Origin: a bacterium
Lineage (GTDB): Bacteria > Patescibacteriota > Minisyncoccia > Phycocordibacterales > Zambryskibacteraceae
DNA length: 64,000 bases
Direction of reading: 5' to 3'
Assembly (NCBI GenBank): GCA_030650605.1
Contig: JAUSDP010000020.1
Coordinates: 13,486-77,485, forward strand
The translations under genes and the position numbers were made by a program. Below are positions 19,411 to 29,274 of the stretch, in pieces (the stretch's first letter is position 1; every line of letters starts with the position of its first letter). Under the pieces are notes generated by a model. That model did not search any database. It saw nothing but the letters and a program-made list of their open reading frames with translations, and was not told the DNA's origin.

Positions 19411-20436
19411 TTAGGCCGGGCCGACCAAAGTATCAAGACCTGCCCCGGCATTCAATACAAGATCGCGGCGGATTCGCTTGCAAAAATCTACGACTGCAGA
19501 CAGGTTAGATAGATCCATAAGCGCAATACGGTCAGCTAAATGAAGCACATCGTGTCCGGGAGTGATGCTTGGAGATAGCTCCTTCCGAGCACACTGAAAA
19601 CGCAACTCAACGGTCGGTGTCGGCACTTCAATAACAAAATCGAAGCGACGCTTGAGGGCACTGTCGAGCAAGCTGTCAGCATTGGTCGCTGCCACAAGCA
19701 CGCACGACGATGGAATGCGTTCAATAGCAATGAGCAATTGGTTGGTTACTCGCCGCATTTCGCCAATGTCCCGGTTGTCGTTCCGGTCCATGCCAATGCC
19801 GTCAAACTCATCCAAAAATAAGACGCACGGAGCAGTCTTCGTATATTCAAAAATACTTTGGAGGTTCTTGCCTGTCTCGCCAAGATGGCTGTCAATCAGC
19901 CCACCGTATTTGACGCGAAGAAATGGGATTGACAACTCGAACGCAAGTGCCTCGGCTAACATCGTTTTACCGTTACCAGGTGCTCCATGCAAAAGCACCT
20001 TGTGTCGAGGAACCAATCCATACGCCGCCAGATCACTGCTACGGTTATGTTCGGCAACAATTTCCATGCACTCTCGTTGAATTTCAAGCGGCAGAATGAC
20101 AGCGTCAAAACCGTGCCTTGCCTCTTCAAATTCCAGAAGTCTTTCGGGCTTGACGGCCAACTGCCGCATCTCTTTGCCGAACATTGATCGAATCTTCTTC
20201 GACACATCTGGATGGTGGGCTTCTACAGCGCTAGCAATACTCTCACCGACCACCGAAATACGATCTTTTTGATTCCATTGGAATGCCTCAATTAACTTCG
20301 GGAGCTGCTTTATCGCCGCTGTCTCAGCTAGTCGTTTTTGCACCTTGACCGGAATTGGTGGTTCGTCCAGGAGATTATTTTGAGTATTAATTTGATTATT
20401 CACTTTTGTCCTCTTAATTTGCCTTAGCAACGCCAA
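19411..20436 (-). CDS. AAA+ ATPase (classic AAA clade)
   Basis: Walker A GAPGNGKT, Walker B LFLDEFD, and second region of homology (ATNADSLLDSALKRRFD). Confidence 0.8.
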   Translation of the reverse strand: MALLRQIKRTKVNNQINTQNNLLDEPPIPVKVQKRLAETAAIKQLPKLIEAFQWNQKDRISVVGESIASAVEAHHPDVSKKIRSMFGKEMRQLAVKPERLLEFEEARHGFDAVILPLEIQRECMEIVAEHNRSSDLAAYGLVPRHKVLLHGAPGNGKTMLAEALAFELSIPFLRVKYGGLIDSHLGETGKNLQSIFEYTKTAPCVLFLDEFDGIGMDRNDNRDIGEMRRVTNQLLIAIERIPSSCVLVAATNADSLLDSALKRRFDFVIEVPTPTVELRFQCARKELSPSITPGHDVLHLADRIALMDLSNLSAVVDFCKRIRRDLVLNAGAGLDTLVGPA

Positions 20437-20524
20437 TCAACTTATCGCAGTCCATGTAAAACTTAGACTGAACCGAATTCGTTCAAAATCTCTAGCTAAT
20501 AACGTTTAGCCTTCAATTCAATTG

Positions 20525-20553
20525 AGTATAGTAACGTAGCGTTACTATGTCAA
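20525..20553 (-). promoter_or_regulatory. sigma70 promoter B2 (TTGACA-TAGTAACGctaCGTTAC-TATACT)
   Basis: Same module as B1; lies between the XRE regulator gene and the AAA ATPase gene. Confidence 0.5.
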
Positions 20554-20564
20554 GATTATTTACA

Positions 20565-20867
20565 TCAGGTAGATTCTTTTCTAGTTCTAGGGCGGGACGC
20601 TCTTTGGCGCAATTGTAATGGCGCTTTAAATGCATTCATTGTTGGCAGGGTATCAGGCACTGCAACATCTAAGCCTCCAAGCATACCAAGGGCACGAAAT
20701 TGTTTAATAAAACTCGATATGCGAATATCTTCGCCGGCTTCCAATTTTGCTAAAGTTTTTTTATTTAAGCCGGACTTAGTCGCCATCGTATCGAGAGACA
20801 TATTTTTGTCTAAGCGACGCTGACGCATACGAGACCCAAGTTCCGCAAGGATCTCACTGTCCGTCAT
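20565..20867 (-). CDS. XRE-family helix-turn-helix transcriptional regulator
   Basis: MSLDTMATKSGLNKKTLAKLEAG is a typical Cro/CI-type HTH. Confidence 0.7.
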   Translation of the reverse strand: MTDSEILAELGSRMRQRRLDKNMSLDTMATKSGLNKKTLAKLEAGEDIRISSFIKQFRALGMLGGLDVAVPDTLPTMNAFKAPLQLRQRASRPRTRKEST

Positions 20868-21064
20868 ATAGGTAGCTAGGCAATAAAGACCATGATAGTG
20901 GATTAAACAGAAACGGCAAGAAGTTACTTATCGAATGGATAGGTCGGAATCTTCACCGTCAAACTCACTCTGTCGTAGGTGGATCGATGTTGTGCCTTGA
21001 AGCCCATGGTCTTTCGAAATGGCATTAATTACGTCTTCCGAAATTTTCCATTTGATCGTCTGCG

Positions 21065-21988
21065 TTACGCAGCTTTTTCGTCACTGTCTTCCAATATTAA
21101 TCCGCCCAGAGCAAAGAACAAATCATCAAGCATTTTCGAGAGTTCGCCGGCCATTAAGATAAAGTCCGCATCAAATCTTTCTCCTTCGTCGCGTGGTTGG
21201 GCGTCTGCCTCTCCACTTAGAATATCGAGTGGTTTAATACTTTTAATCGCCAAAGTATCCGTAAGCACAAACGAAATTCGATCGTTCCAGGTTAGCGCGA
21301 GTTTTGTGCATTCTTTTCCTGCGGCAATATGCCGGTGCACATCGTCAGCGTCTAAACTATGTCTTACATACCGCACTGTCGCTTTGTCCTCTGTATGCGC
21401 CTTTAACTCGGTATCCTGATCGATCGTGAAGCCTTTCGGCGCCTCATTTCCGAGTAGCCAGGACGTCATGGCTTGCTGAGGCGAGATCTTAACGCGAACA
21501 CTTTCAAGTCCAATGTCGTTAAAAGATTTTAAAAACATTTTGATAATTTCATCCGACTTGGTTGGTGATGACGTATTAAAGATCAACCAGCCATTGACTG
21601 AATCGATCCAAACCAGAACGCTTCCAGTTAAGCTAAATGCCCGTGGCAGTAATTCGTCTGTGACCCGTTCCTTGAGTTCTTTCATGTGCTTTCGTCCAGG
21701 CTTGAAGCCTTGCTCCTCCTCAATTTCGCACGCTTTCATTTTTGTGAAATGCGTAATGACCGAGGCTGGCAGTAATTTTTTCTCGGTCTCGAATCGGAGC
21801 AATAATTGCCTATCAACGTGATGAACGAATTTCCCGTTGTCGCATGGTGAAATCCAACCCGAACTAATCATATCCATGCTCGTGCATGGCTGAAATGCAT
21901 GCGCTAACAGCATCGATTCCATCTTTTCTTGAATCAGTCTTAACTTCGCAACTGAAATTTGATAGATCTGAAGATTTCTGAAAAACAT
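21065..21988 (-). CDS. rdgC: recombination-associated protein RdgC
   Basis: N-terminus MFFRNLQIYQIS and C-terminal RFDADFILMAGEL match RdgC along its full 300-aa length. Confidence 0.9.
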   Translation of the reverse strand: MFFRNLQIYQISVAKLRLIQEKMESMLLAHAFQPCTSMDMISSGWISPCDNGKFVHHVDRQLLLRFETEKKLLPASVITHFTKMKACEIEEEQGFKPGRKHMKELKERVTDELLPRAFSLTGSVLVWIDSVNGWLIFNTSSPTKSDEIIKMFLKSFNDIGLESVRVKISPQQAMTSWLLGNEAPKGFTIDQDTELKAHTEDKATVRYVRHSLDADDVHRHIAAGKECTKLALTWNDRISFVLTDTLAIKSIKPLDILSGEADAQPRDEGERFDADFILMAGELSKMLDDLFFALGGLILEDSDEKAA

Positions 21989-22039
21989 GGGATGGTCCTT
22001 TTGCAGTGAAGTTTGTAGTTTTGTTATGTCAGAGTAAAT

Positions 22040-22660
22040 TTATCCACGCACTAATTGATGACGCGTGGAACTAGGAATAACTTCTGCGTTGTGTTGATGG
22101 ATTGAGTCCAAAGTAAAATCAACTTTTTGAACAACTTTATTGCGCCAGAAGTCAGTAAGCGATTCCATTTCAAAACATAATTGCTTGAGCTGAATGACTC
22201 CGTGAGCGCCATTCAATTTTGAGGAATCCAAAGTGGATAGAAATACTTTATGCGCTTGATTCATGGTTGTAGGCATGAAGCCCGCAATCCGCTCCATCGT
22301 TTCGCCATTAACAGCGTCAAGAATATTGAATGCTTCTTTGGAGATTGCTCCAATGTTGAGTGCCTCATCGTTTAATTTCTTAAAAAGCGTTACAAGCGTC
22401 CCACCATGTTTTACCACGGCAGTAATACTATCTTTACGATGATCCAACCTAGCGAACGCATCTTGTAGCCGTGATTTTACGAGTTCAGCTTCATCCATCC
22501 TATCCGAGAGATTCTTCGCTCGAAAACTGAATAACGCAAGCCTGGCGGACCTTCCTATCGCTAGGCTTGTTGAATCAAAATGCTGTAGGGGCTTCATGCC
22601 AACAAACAGCAAACCAACTGGTAAGCCTGCTGCTTTTTTTTTTAATTTACCTTCATTCAT
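22040..22660 (-). CDS. hypothetical protein
   Basis: 206-aa ORF, coupled (2-nt gap) to the upstream 457-aa gene. Confidence 0.45.
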   Translation of the reverse strand: MNEGKLKKKAAGLPVGLLFVGMKPLQHFDSTSLAIGRSARLALFSFRAKNLSDRMDEAELVKSRLQDAFARLDHRKDSITAVVKHGGTLVTLFKKLNDEALNIGAISKEAFNILDAVNGETMERIAGFMPTTMNQAHKVFLSTLDSSKLNGAHGVIQLKQLCFEMESLTDFWRNKVVQKVDFTLDSIHQHNAEVIPSSTRHQLVRG

Positions 22661-22661
22661 T

Positions 22662-24035
22662 TCAGCACCTCGTCGCTACGTCATTATTTTGCAAATCTTC
22701 TGGAGTCAATTGATGCAAGACATTGCCTTCAAAATCCACCACTTCGATGTGATCAAAACAGAATAAATCTTTCTGTAGTTCCGCCATTTCTTTTGCTGTT
22801 TTAAGACCGCTCTTTACAAGTTCTCGGGTTATTTTGGAATCGACCGTCACCACCAATTCATAAGCAGTAAAGATTGCGGCTATGTCGTCAGTTTCCTCAG
22901 AAATAATCGTTTCCGGATGTTGCCAATCGCAGATCTGAAGTAATTGAAATGCAGCGTGCTCTTTCATTGCTTCGGTTTGAGATGGGTATTCACGATCAAC
23001 CACTTCTACGAATTCATTTTTTGACATTGGTTCGTCGGAATTCTCCGGCCAATAAACGAGCGCCGATGAAGGCAACGCACTCCATTGCTCATGCGTCATA
23101 TCTTTTTTTGCGTCGGCTGTCACTCGTTGAAAAGTGTCTTTTTCAAGCACTGCTTTTGGCGCGTAACACATAATCCACGTGACATATTCCGGTCGAACTT
23201 TGCTACGCATTTTGTGAGATGCTTCGATCGTTTTTGCAATATCTGATCGCAATGCATCAACTCCATTGTGTAAATCATCACCAATATCCTGGCTAGCCTT
23301 TTCAAGGCTAAAATCTAAGCTTCGTGCCTCTGGTACCCTTGATGTCTTTACAGCGATGGCACCGGGAATGCAATGCTCAAGTGCGCTAGATACATTACCG
23401 TCCAGGGAAACAAGTTTTACGAATTCTGCGAATTTCCCTAAACTTTCTAGGTCACGCCATTGGTCCCCGGTTAATAAATAGTTGTCGATTGGCGCGGATG
23501 AACTGCGCTGCGATCCGCTTGTTGGCTTGTCAATTGAAACTCGCACATACATAGTCTCGGAGTCTAAGTCGAAAGGGCTTGAGTGATCTTCAGTTGTCAT
23601 GCGCAGCCGACCGGAGAAAGGCGAACGAGAAACCGTTGAAGAAAATTCTATGGACTCACCGTAAAGGGTGTTTTGATTAAAGGTAATTCTTGCTCCAGGT
23701 GACCGAGTTGCGGAAAACTGGGGATTCGCCAATTCATTCTGTTTTGCCAAATGTATTCTATTTCGCAGGTCTACACCAAAGTCATTGGCTAACTTTTTGG
23801 TTGGAAAATCGGCGATCCATTCAACACCACCAAAGTCGCAATTTTCCGGATGATTTGGGTCACATTCACCGTAAACCGACCACATAAATATATTTGGATT
23901 ATTCTCATCTTTCGTTACCGTTAGCTGCCCTCCGAACTCTCTGCTGGCGGCAGCATCTCTCGATAATTCATTACCATCATCGTCCACACCCACAACAGGA
24001 GAAACTTCAACTCCGGCGTACACTGCGAGGCTCAT
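22662..24035 (-). CDS. hypothetical protein
   Basis: 457-aa ORF, no recognisable motifs. Confidence 0.5.
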   Translation of the reverse strand: MSLAVYAGVEVSPVVGVDDDGNELSRDAAASREFGGQLTVTKDENNPNIFMWSVYGECDPNHPENCDFGGVEWIADFPTKKLANDFGVDLRNRIHLAKQNELANPQFSATRSPGARITFNQNTLYGESIEFSSTVSRSPFSGRLRMTTEDHSSPFDLDSETMYVRVSIDKPTSGSQRSSSAPIDNYLLTGDQWRDLESLGKFAEFVKLVSLDGNVSSALEHCIPGAIAVKTSRVPEARSLDFSLEKASQDIGDDLHNGVDALRSDIAKTIEASHKMRSKVRPEYVTWIMCYAPKAVLEKDTFQRVTADAKKDMTHEQWSALPSSALVYWPENSDEPMSKNEFVEVVDREYPSQTEAMKEHAAFQLLQICDWQHPETIISEETDDIAAIFTAYELVVTVDSKITRELVKSGLKTAKEMAELQKDLFCFDHIEVVDFEGNVLHQLTPEDLQNNDVATRC

Positions 24036-24227
24036 GAAAAACTCCTAAATTTCAATTTTGTACTACGTAAAGATATATCTCTACGAAATAATATATTAAA
24101 AATTGAAATTTGAAACGATTATTTGAATGGATTCATAAATGCGGTTGAAATTGACGAGCACATTATCGATACAGAATATTAACCGCGTATGCAGAAGTTC
24201 ATGAAATAACTACCCACAAAAAGAAAT

Positions 24228-24271
24228 CTTATCAAAATTGATAATACTATCAATTTTGATAAGATTGAAGT
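24228..24271. repeat. 19-bp perfect inverted repeat (AATCTTATCAAAATTGATA / TATCAATTTTGATAAGATT) with a 4-nt spacer
   Basis: Read directly from the sequence; lies in a 600-bp non-coding AT-rich region. Confidence 0.7.
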
Positions 24272-24370
24272 TGGGCGCAGCTTTGCGGCCTATAGAACGT
24301 GCAAATCAGCACTGGCGTGCCGGATTTACTGCGTGAAAAATTGAAAGAGTACATCATTTTAGGAACAAAA

Positions 24371-24429
24371 AATGTTCTCGTTTAATATGGATTGTTATCG
24401 TTTAATTCGGATGTTCTCAATTAATGTGG
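24371..24429. repeat. three tandem ~20-bp imperfect direct repeats (iteron-like): TGTTCTCGTTTAATATGG / TGTTATCGTTTAATTCGG / TGTTCTCAATTAATGTGG
   Basis: Read directly; head-to-tail with 20-bp periodicity. Confidence 0.5.
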
Positions 24430-24544
24430 GTTTTTACAACCAAACAGCGGTCGCCTGCCACCTTGTCGCCACTTTTGAACAGGACTCCACTCATCCAACA
24501 ATAAAAACACCCAGGCTCTCATGAGTCAAATGCAAACGAATTAA

Positions 24545-24584
24545 ATTGAAGTATTTACTGTGTTTAAATACAGTAAATACTTCA
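24545..24584 (-). terminator. 16-bp stem hairpin (TTGAAGTATTTACTGT ... ACAGTAAATACTTCAA), candidate terminator for the minus-strand gene ending at 24650
   Basis: Perfect 16-bp arms and 7-nt loop; T-rich tract follows on the minus strand. Confidence 0.35.
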
Positions 24585-24649
24585 AGCCCCAAGCAATGGA
24601 ATATTCTACGGCGATGTGCAGAATATTCTACGATGTGTGCCCATCCCCT

Positions 24650-25297
24650 TTATTTTTTAGCAGTGCTATCTGCTTGAAGGGTCGAACTCAAGGGCTTTTT
24701 TTCTGATAGAGAATTGTCAGTATCTGGATATTGCACAATTGGGTCCATGCTTAAATAAGTTTTGGCGCTGGGCGTAACTTCATGATTTCTATCTGATTGT
24801 TCCCAGGGAACAAGGTAACCGGCAAGTCGTAACGATATTGAAATCAAAAATACACACACTATTATTGCAGTAAGAATTGACAACACTATCAAGACTGGTG
24901 AAATATGTTTCCCATTATCAATATGCGGTTGCGATGATCTCACGCCCGAATAAGCATCATCATCCTTGTGGTCGCCGTCAAACGCTGTTAACAAAATATG
25001 ATATGCGTCTGTGTAAGCTTTCATTGCCAATTCATTATTTGCAAATATTAAGATGGTTTTGGCATTAAAAACTAGATCCGAATATTCAGGATTATCGTCA
25101 TTTTTTTGAACTAAGAGAGTAGCCGACCGCTCCCCATACGACTCTTCAATTTTAATGAAATGAAGAATGCCGTGGGGACTAGCAAAAAGTAACTTTCTGG
25201 AAGGTCCATCTCCAGTTACGGTCACTGCGTCAAAAAGGCAGCCTTCAATGTGACCGACTCCGTTACTTGTTGGTGCCGAAATATCTAAAATCTCCAT
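24650..25297 (-). CDS. hypothetical protein with a C-terminal transmembrane segment
   Basis: 215 aa; hydrophobic stretch ISPVLIVLSILTAIIVCVFLISISL. Confidence 0.45.
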   Translation of the reverse strand: MEILDISAPTSNGVGHIEGCLFDAVTVTGDGPSRKLLFASPHGILHFIKIEESYGERSATLLVQKNDDNPEYSDLVFNAKTILIFANNELAMKAYTDAYHILLTAFDGDHKDDDAYSGVRSSQPHIDNGKHISPVLIVLSILTAIIVCVFLISISLRLAGYLVPWEQSDRNHEVTPSAKTYLSMDPIVQYPDTDNSLSEKKPLSSTLQADSTAKK

Positions 25298-25323
25298 GAA
25301 AAATCCTATGTCCTAAATCAGTG

Positions 25324-25749
25324 TTAAGGGGCAATACCTGGCACACGATGATCATCATCCTCAGCGGGAAGCATCGCTTTTACGATTGCACTTTGCTTTG
25401 CAATATCGTCAGGGTAGTTTCGTTCAATTGATACCACTAATTTGCGTACGTTATCGGTGAATTCAGTCATGGGATCAGTAACCGAATTAATTACGTGCGC
25501 AAGCTGAAATTCAAGTGTGTGTTCTGCATCCATGATAAATCCGGCCACATTTTTCAATGGGTGATCAGATATTGGATCCCAGACAGTTATCTTTAGCTCC
25601 TCAATTAACTCCTCATCATCAGAGTACATAGCATCTATCACTTCGTCTTGGCGCGTTTCGTCCCAATTTGAAAGAAACTGGCTCAAAGCCATTCTTAAAC
25701 AATATGATTTAATATTAAAACTTGGCTTTTGACTGTTGCTGTCGCCCAT
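25324..25749 (-). CDS. hypothetical acidic protein
   Basis: 141-aa ORF. Confidence 0.4.
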   Translation of the reverse strand: MGDSNSQKPSFNIKSYCLRMALSQFLSNWDETRQDEVIDAMYSDDEELIEELKITVWDPISDHPLKNVAGFIMDAEHTLEFQLAHVINSVTDPMTEFTDNVRKLVVSIERNYPDDIAKQSAIVKAMLPAEDDDHRVPGIAP

Positions 25750-25806
25750 TATTTACGCTCTTTTTCAAAATTTTATTGTAACGATCAGTCGTCATTATTT
25801 AGAGAC

Positions 25807-26316
25807 CTAAGGACTACTCCGAACGGCATTCGGATCTTCATTGTCGTCGTCATGATCGACCACAGCATTTGAATCATTGTCTTCCAAAGGCAATTCACGT
25901 TTCACAAATTGATAGTGCTCTGAAATAGTCTGGGGATCTCCCTCTTCAATAGCGCTTAAGAGTAGGCGTACGTTGTCAACCAGCTTGCCAAGTGATTGAT
26001 GATCCTGAGATTTTGTAGAGAATGGAGGATTCCATTTTCCGGTGTCTACATTCATAATCCGCGCAACATCGATGTGTTGATATAGTTGTGTTTGCCAATC
26101 GACGCCATCAAATAAAACCCTAAGATCGAGAAAAATACCGGCCGCTTTAGCTAGCTCCGCTGGCACAGCGCAATCATTTTCGTCAGCAACCAACTTGACA
26201 GCCTTAGTGTCATTCAATGCTGAGAACGCTGATGCAACTAATAGGGCCTTATATGGCATAGGCAAGGCAACGATAGCTGCGTCAAAGAGTGCTTCAGCTT
26301 GTTTCAAATTTTTCAT
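25807..26316 (-). CDS. hypothetical acidic protein
   Basis: 169-aa ORF. Confidence 0.4.
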   Translation of the reverse strand: MKNLKQAEALFDAAIVALPMPYKALLVASAFSALNDTKAVKLVADENDCAVPAELAKAAGIFLDLRVLFDGVDWQTQLYQHIDVARIMNVDTGKWNPPFSTKSQDHQSLGKLVDNVRLLLSAIEEGDPQTISEHYQFVKRELPLEDNDSNAVVDHDDDNEDPNAVRSSP

Positions 26317-26519
26317 ACAATTTTTTCGATAGATTTACGCCAAACCAAATCGTCAACAAGTTTCATCTCGCCAAACCATTGGAAAGTTACTTTGTCAGCT
26401 TTTCCGTCGTTGACAACATCAACAACAACGTATTGCAACCCAGCGTTATATAGCCCCGTTTCGGCCTCACCTGATTCGATCATTGCCTTAATCAGGGCTT
26501 CGATTTCTTCTTGATCCAT
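26313..26519 (-). CDS. hypothetical small protein
   Basis: 68-aa ORF overlapping its upstream neighbour by 4 nt. Confidence 0.3.
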   Translation of the reverse strand: MDQEEIEALIKAMIESGEAETGLYNAGLQYVVVDVVNDGKADKVTFQWFGEMKLVDDLVWRKSIEKIV

Positions 26520-26534
26520 AGTTTTTGCACCTCT

Positions 26535-27806
26535 TTAAAAACCTGCACGTTGCATTTCACCGCGTTTGGCTTCCAGCTTGGGGATATATTCTTGTCTTGC
26601 CTGTGACGCTAAAATTGCGCCAAGATAGATGCCTATTTTTTCTTGACGTTTTAAGTTTTCTAGCGCGAGGTAATTGGACTGTGCTTGCATAAACATAGAT
26701 TCACGCGCTACCGCTTCAGGTGTAGCCGCCGACATTGCGGTATACCATTCAGCGTTCCCATATCGACGCATAACGTCGATATCCATTAAGTCCATCCACG
26801 ATATTCCTTTGGGATATCCGCCTGCCGCTGCTGCACGCTTATTGTAGAAATCCTTGGCGCCTGGTGAATTGACCGTAATGGTACTCATCAAGGTTTTTGT
26901 GATGGCCTGCGGAGTTGAGTTGGCAGCAGATTCAGTGAATGGCTCTTTTGCCAATAAAAGAACTTGTTCCAACTCTTTTTGTAGACCAAAATATTGGCCA
27001 CCAAATGCACTTTTGGCCTGTTTTTCGGTCAGTGCTGCACCAAGCGCAGAGCCACCGCCAATATTACGTAAATACGCATTGACCGCATCCATTTGGCGGT
27101 CGTCAAATGTTCTTGTCGCGATACCTCGTTTAACTGAGCCAGCACCTCTAAATAATGTCTCTGGATCAACGTCGCCATTGGGATAACCACCCTCGCCTCT
27201 GCAATATTGTTTGGTTCCGGGTCCATTAGATTCATCTGCGGTACAGTACAAATTGCCGTCGACATGCTGTTTTGCTGTACGCGCATTGCTAATTTCTCGC
27301 GATGGACTATTTGCGGGTCCCACTTCTCTCACCGCTAGTGCTACTGCTGCTGTGCCAGGTTGTACGCGACCACCGCCACCGCCACTACCAAAGCGGCCAT
27401 AGGACCCCGCCACACTACGTCCCGTCTCATCGATGATGTCAGACATACTGCCAGTGGTACACGGATCCGCCGCTAATTGATATTTATCGGCGACCTCCGC
27501 ATTCTGTTTAATCCTAATGGCTTCTAACTGCCCATCCTGTAATTGTTTTGTTTGTTGTTCGGCTGCTGCCATCGCCTTGTCCGAGCTGGCACCTACGGCG
27601 GCGGCAGTTTGATTGATCGCGCCTATGGTGGTATTGAAATTATAGTTAGTTAAATTGGCCGCTGCTAACATCGCTTCCTGCCAAATTGCAGTCGCGATGT
27701 CAGTCACATTGGTATCCATAACACCTAAATACGCCCACGCCCCACCGGATGTCACAATTAACGATCCGGCGACAGAGATTGCAATGATTTTTTTTCGGAG
27801 TCTCAT
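26535..27806 (-). CDS. secreted protein with an N-terminal coiled coil, possibly transfer-related
   Basis: Signal peptide; coiled-coil Q/A/E-rich region; Gly-rich middle. Confidence 0.45.
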   Translation of the reverse strand: MRLRKKIIAISVAGSLIVTSGGAWAYLGVMDTNVTDIATAIWQEAMLAAANLTNYNFNTTIGAINQTAAAVGASSDKAMAAAEQQTKQLQDGQLEAIRIKQNAEVADKYQLAADPCTTGSMSDIIDETGRSVAGSYGRFGSGGGGGRVQPGTAAVALAVREVGPANSPSREISNARTAKQHVDGNLYCTADESNGPGTKQYCRGEGGYPNGDVDPETLFRGAGSVKRGIATRTFDDRQMDAVNAYLRNIGGGSALGAALTEKQAKSAFGGQYFGLQKELEQVLLLAKEPFTESAANSTPQAITKTLMSTITVNSPGAKDFYNKRAAAAGGYPKGISWMDLMDIDVMRRYGNAEWYTAMSAATPEAVARESMFMQAQSNYLALENLKRQEKIGIYLGAILASQARQEYIPKLEAKRGEMQRAGF

Positions 27807-28294
27807 TTAAAAATGCTCCTGACGGTTTCTAAAATTGAATTCGAAGGAACCTGCGCGGCCATTGGCGTAACAATGTTGTTGATCGTTTGAGTCGGGTTCT
27901 GAATAATATTTCCAACATTATTGATTTTTCCTAGAGTGTCACCGGCTCGCACTCTCGCCTGGTCACAAAATCTTGAAAATTGATTGTTAATGACCTGACC
28001 CATGACGCGGGAGACAATGGGACCGACTAAAGAAGGAAGTGGGAGATCCGAAGTGCCAGGAACAATAGCTGGTATTGACTTGAGCATATTGAAGCATTGG
28101 GTATTTGCATCACGAAGAGAGTCTTGTGTTCGCGCTACATATCCATCGATCGCATTCATACTTCTGTTCATTGCGGAGTTTCCTGAGTCAGCCATTTTTT
28201 GACCTGTCCCGCAAGTAACCGTCCCCGCGTTTACTTGTAGTGTTAGGATAGGTACCAGGACGGCGATCACAAATTTTCGTATTAACATTTTCAT
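27803..28294 (-). CDS. secreted small protein
   Basis: Signal peptide MKMLIRKFVIAVLVPILTLQVNA; 4-nt overlap with the next gene. Confidence 0.4.
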   Translation of the reverse strand: MKMLIRKFVIAVLVPILTLQVNAGTVTCGTGQKMADSGNSAMNRSMNAIDGYVARTQDSLRDANTQCFNMLKSIPAIVPGTSDLPLPSLVGPIVSRVMGQVINNQFSRFCDQARVRAGDTLGKINNVGNIIQNPTQTINNIVTPMAAQVPSNSILETVRSIFK

Positions 28295-29274
28295 GCTCCT
28301 TTGTTTTTGTCTTTTTCTGCGTTCGGTTGATCATTTCCATATTGCGTCAGCATTTCTGCATACGAATCAGCAGCTGCAATCAACGCGGCATAACTAGATT
28401 GTGAATATTTCTCAACAACTGTCATGACGGTTTCAATACCGCCCTTTTTTAAATCGTTTTTGGCGGCGTCGAATTTTGCTACATTTGTAGACGCCAAATC
28501 ATCAAGTCGTCCTTTGTTAAAACGAGCAATACGCTCATATTCGGCAGAAACGATGGCGCTAGCGCGATTTAGAAGCGATTGTCGATACCCTATGGCAGCG
28601 CTTGGTGCAATAGAGCGCACATCATCTTCGCTAGAAAATGCCAACTTGTGCGTTAGCTTGAGCAGTCTGGCGATCAACTCCGCATGATCTTCTTGAAAGA
28701 AATCGAACTCTCTCACGTTGTCGATAAAACGCTGGCTTGCGTCCATAGCGGTTAATCGCATCGCAGAAATACCATCCAATGGATCATTGATTCTATGGTT
28801 CCAATCCAATGCACCAATCTCCACGGAAAACGACTTAAATTCACGCATTCCGGCAACAGCAGTCAACAACGCTATTGAATCCGATATGTCGGAACTGTTT
28901 CTGTTCTTCCACGCATCACATACCATTCCATTGAGAATATTTGCCGTCATTGCGGTTGCCCAAGGACCTTCCGCAGATACCAGTTCAGCCATCGCAGGCA
29001 AGTGTTTACCCGACGTCGTGAGCAATTCAGAAACAATCTTTTTTTTCAGTGCGTCCGACGAAGCCGTGCCTGGTTTCGCGATCACAGCTTCTAAGATCGG
29101 TTGCAAAGCCTTCAATGCTGACAATCGCTTTTTAATGTCAAGGCTTAAAAAATGATTGTCAGTCGCGGCCTTTGTGGTGGGAAGAGTCGATGAATTATCG
29201 TCACTCTTCCCTACGTCGTTTGCCGAAGAAGTAGTGTTGGCATCCATCGAATTTACAGATTGCGTGGCTTCCAT
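28291..29274 (-). CDS. hypothetical protein
   Basis: 327-aa ORF. Confidence 0.45.
   Translation of the reverse strand: MEATQSVNSMDANTTSSANDVGKSDDNSSTLPTTKAATDNHFLSLDIKKRLSALKALQPILEAVIAKPGTASSDALKKKIVSELLTTSGKHLPAMAELVSAEGPWATAMTANILNGMVCDAWKNRNSSDISDSIALLTAVAGMREFKSFSVEIGALDWNHRINDPLDGISAMRLTAMDASQRFIDNVREFDFFQEDHAELIARLLKLTHKLAFSSEDDVRSIAPSAAIGYRQSLLNRASAIVSAEYERIARFNKGRLDDLASTNVAKFDAAKNDLKKGGIETVMTVVEKYSQSSYAALIAAADSYAEMLTQYGNDQPNAEKDKNKGA

Noticed and set aside
19652-20080. Plus-strand ORF inside the AAA ATPase gene
   Set aside because: It is antisense to a gene with intact Walker motifs.
20941-21060. CTGCGTtACGCAG hairpin followed by CTTTTT as a terminator
   Set aside because: It faces the plus strand, where no gene ends; the minus-strand rdgC end has no T-run after it.
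20979-21419. Plus-strand ORF overlapping rdgC
   Set aside because: RdgC is matched end-to-end on the opposite strand.
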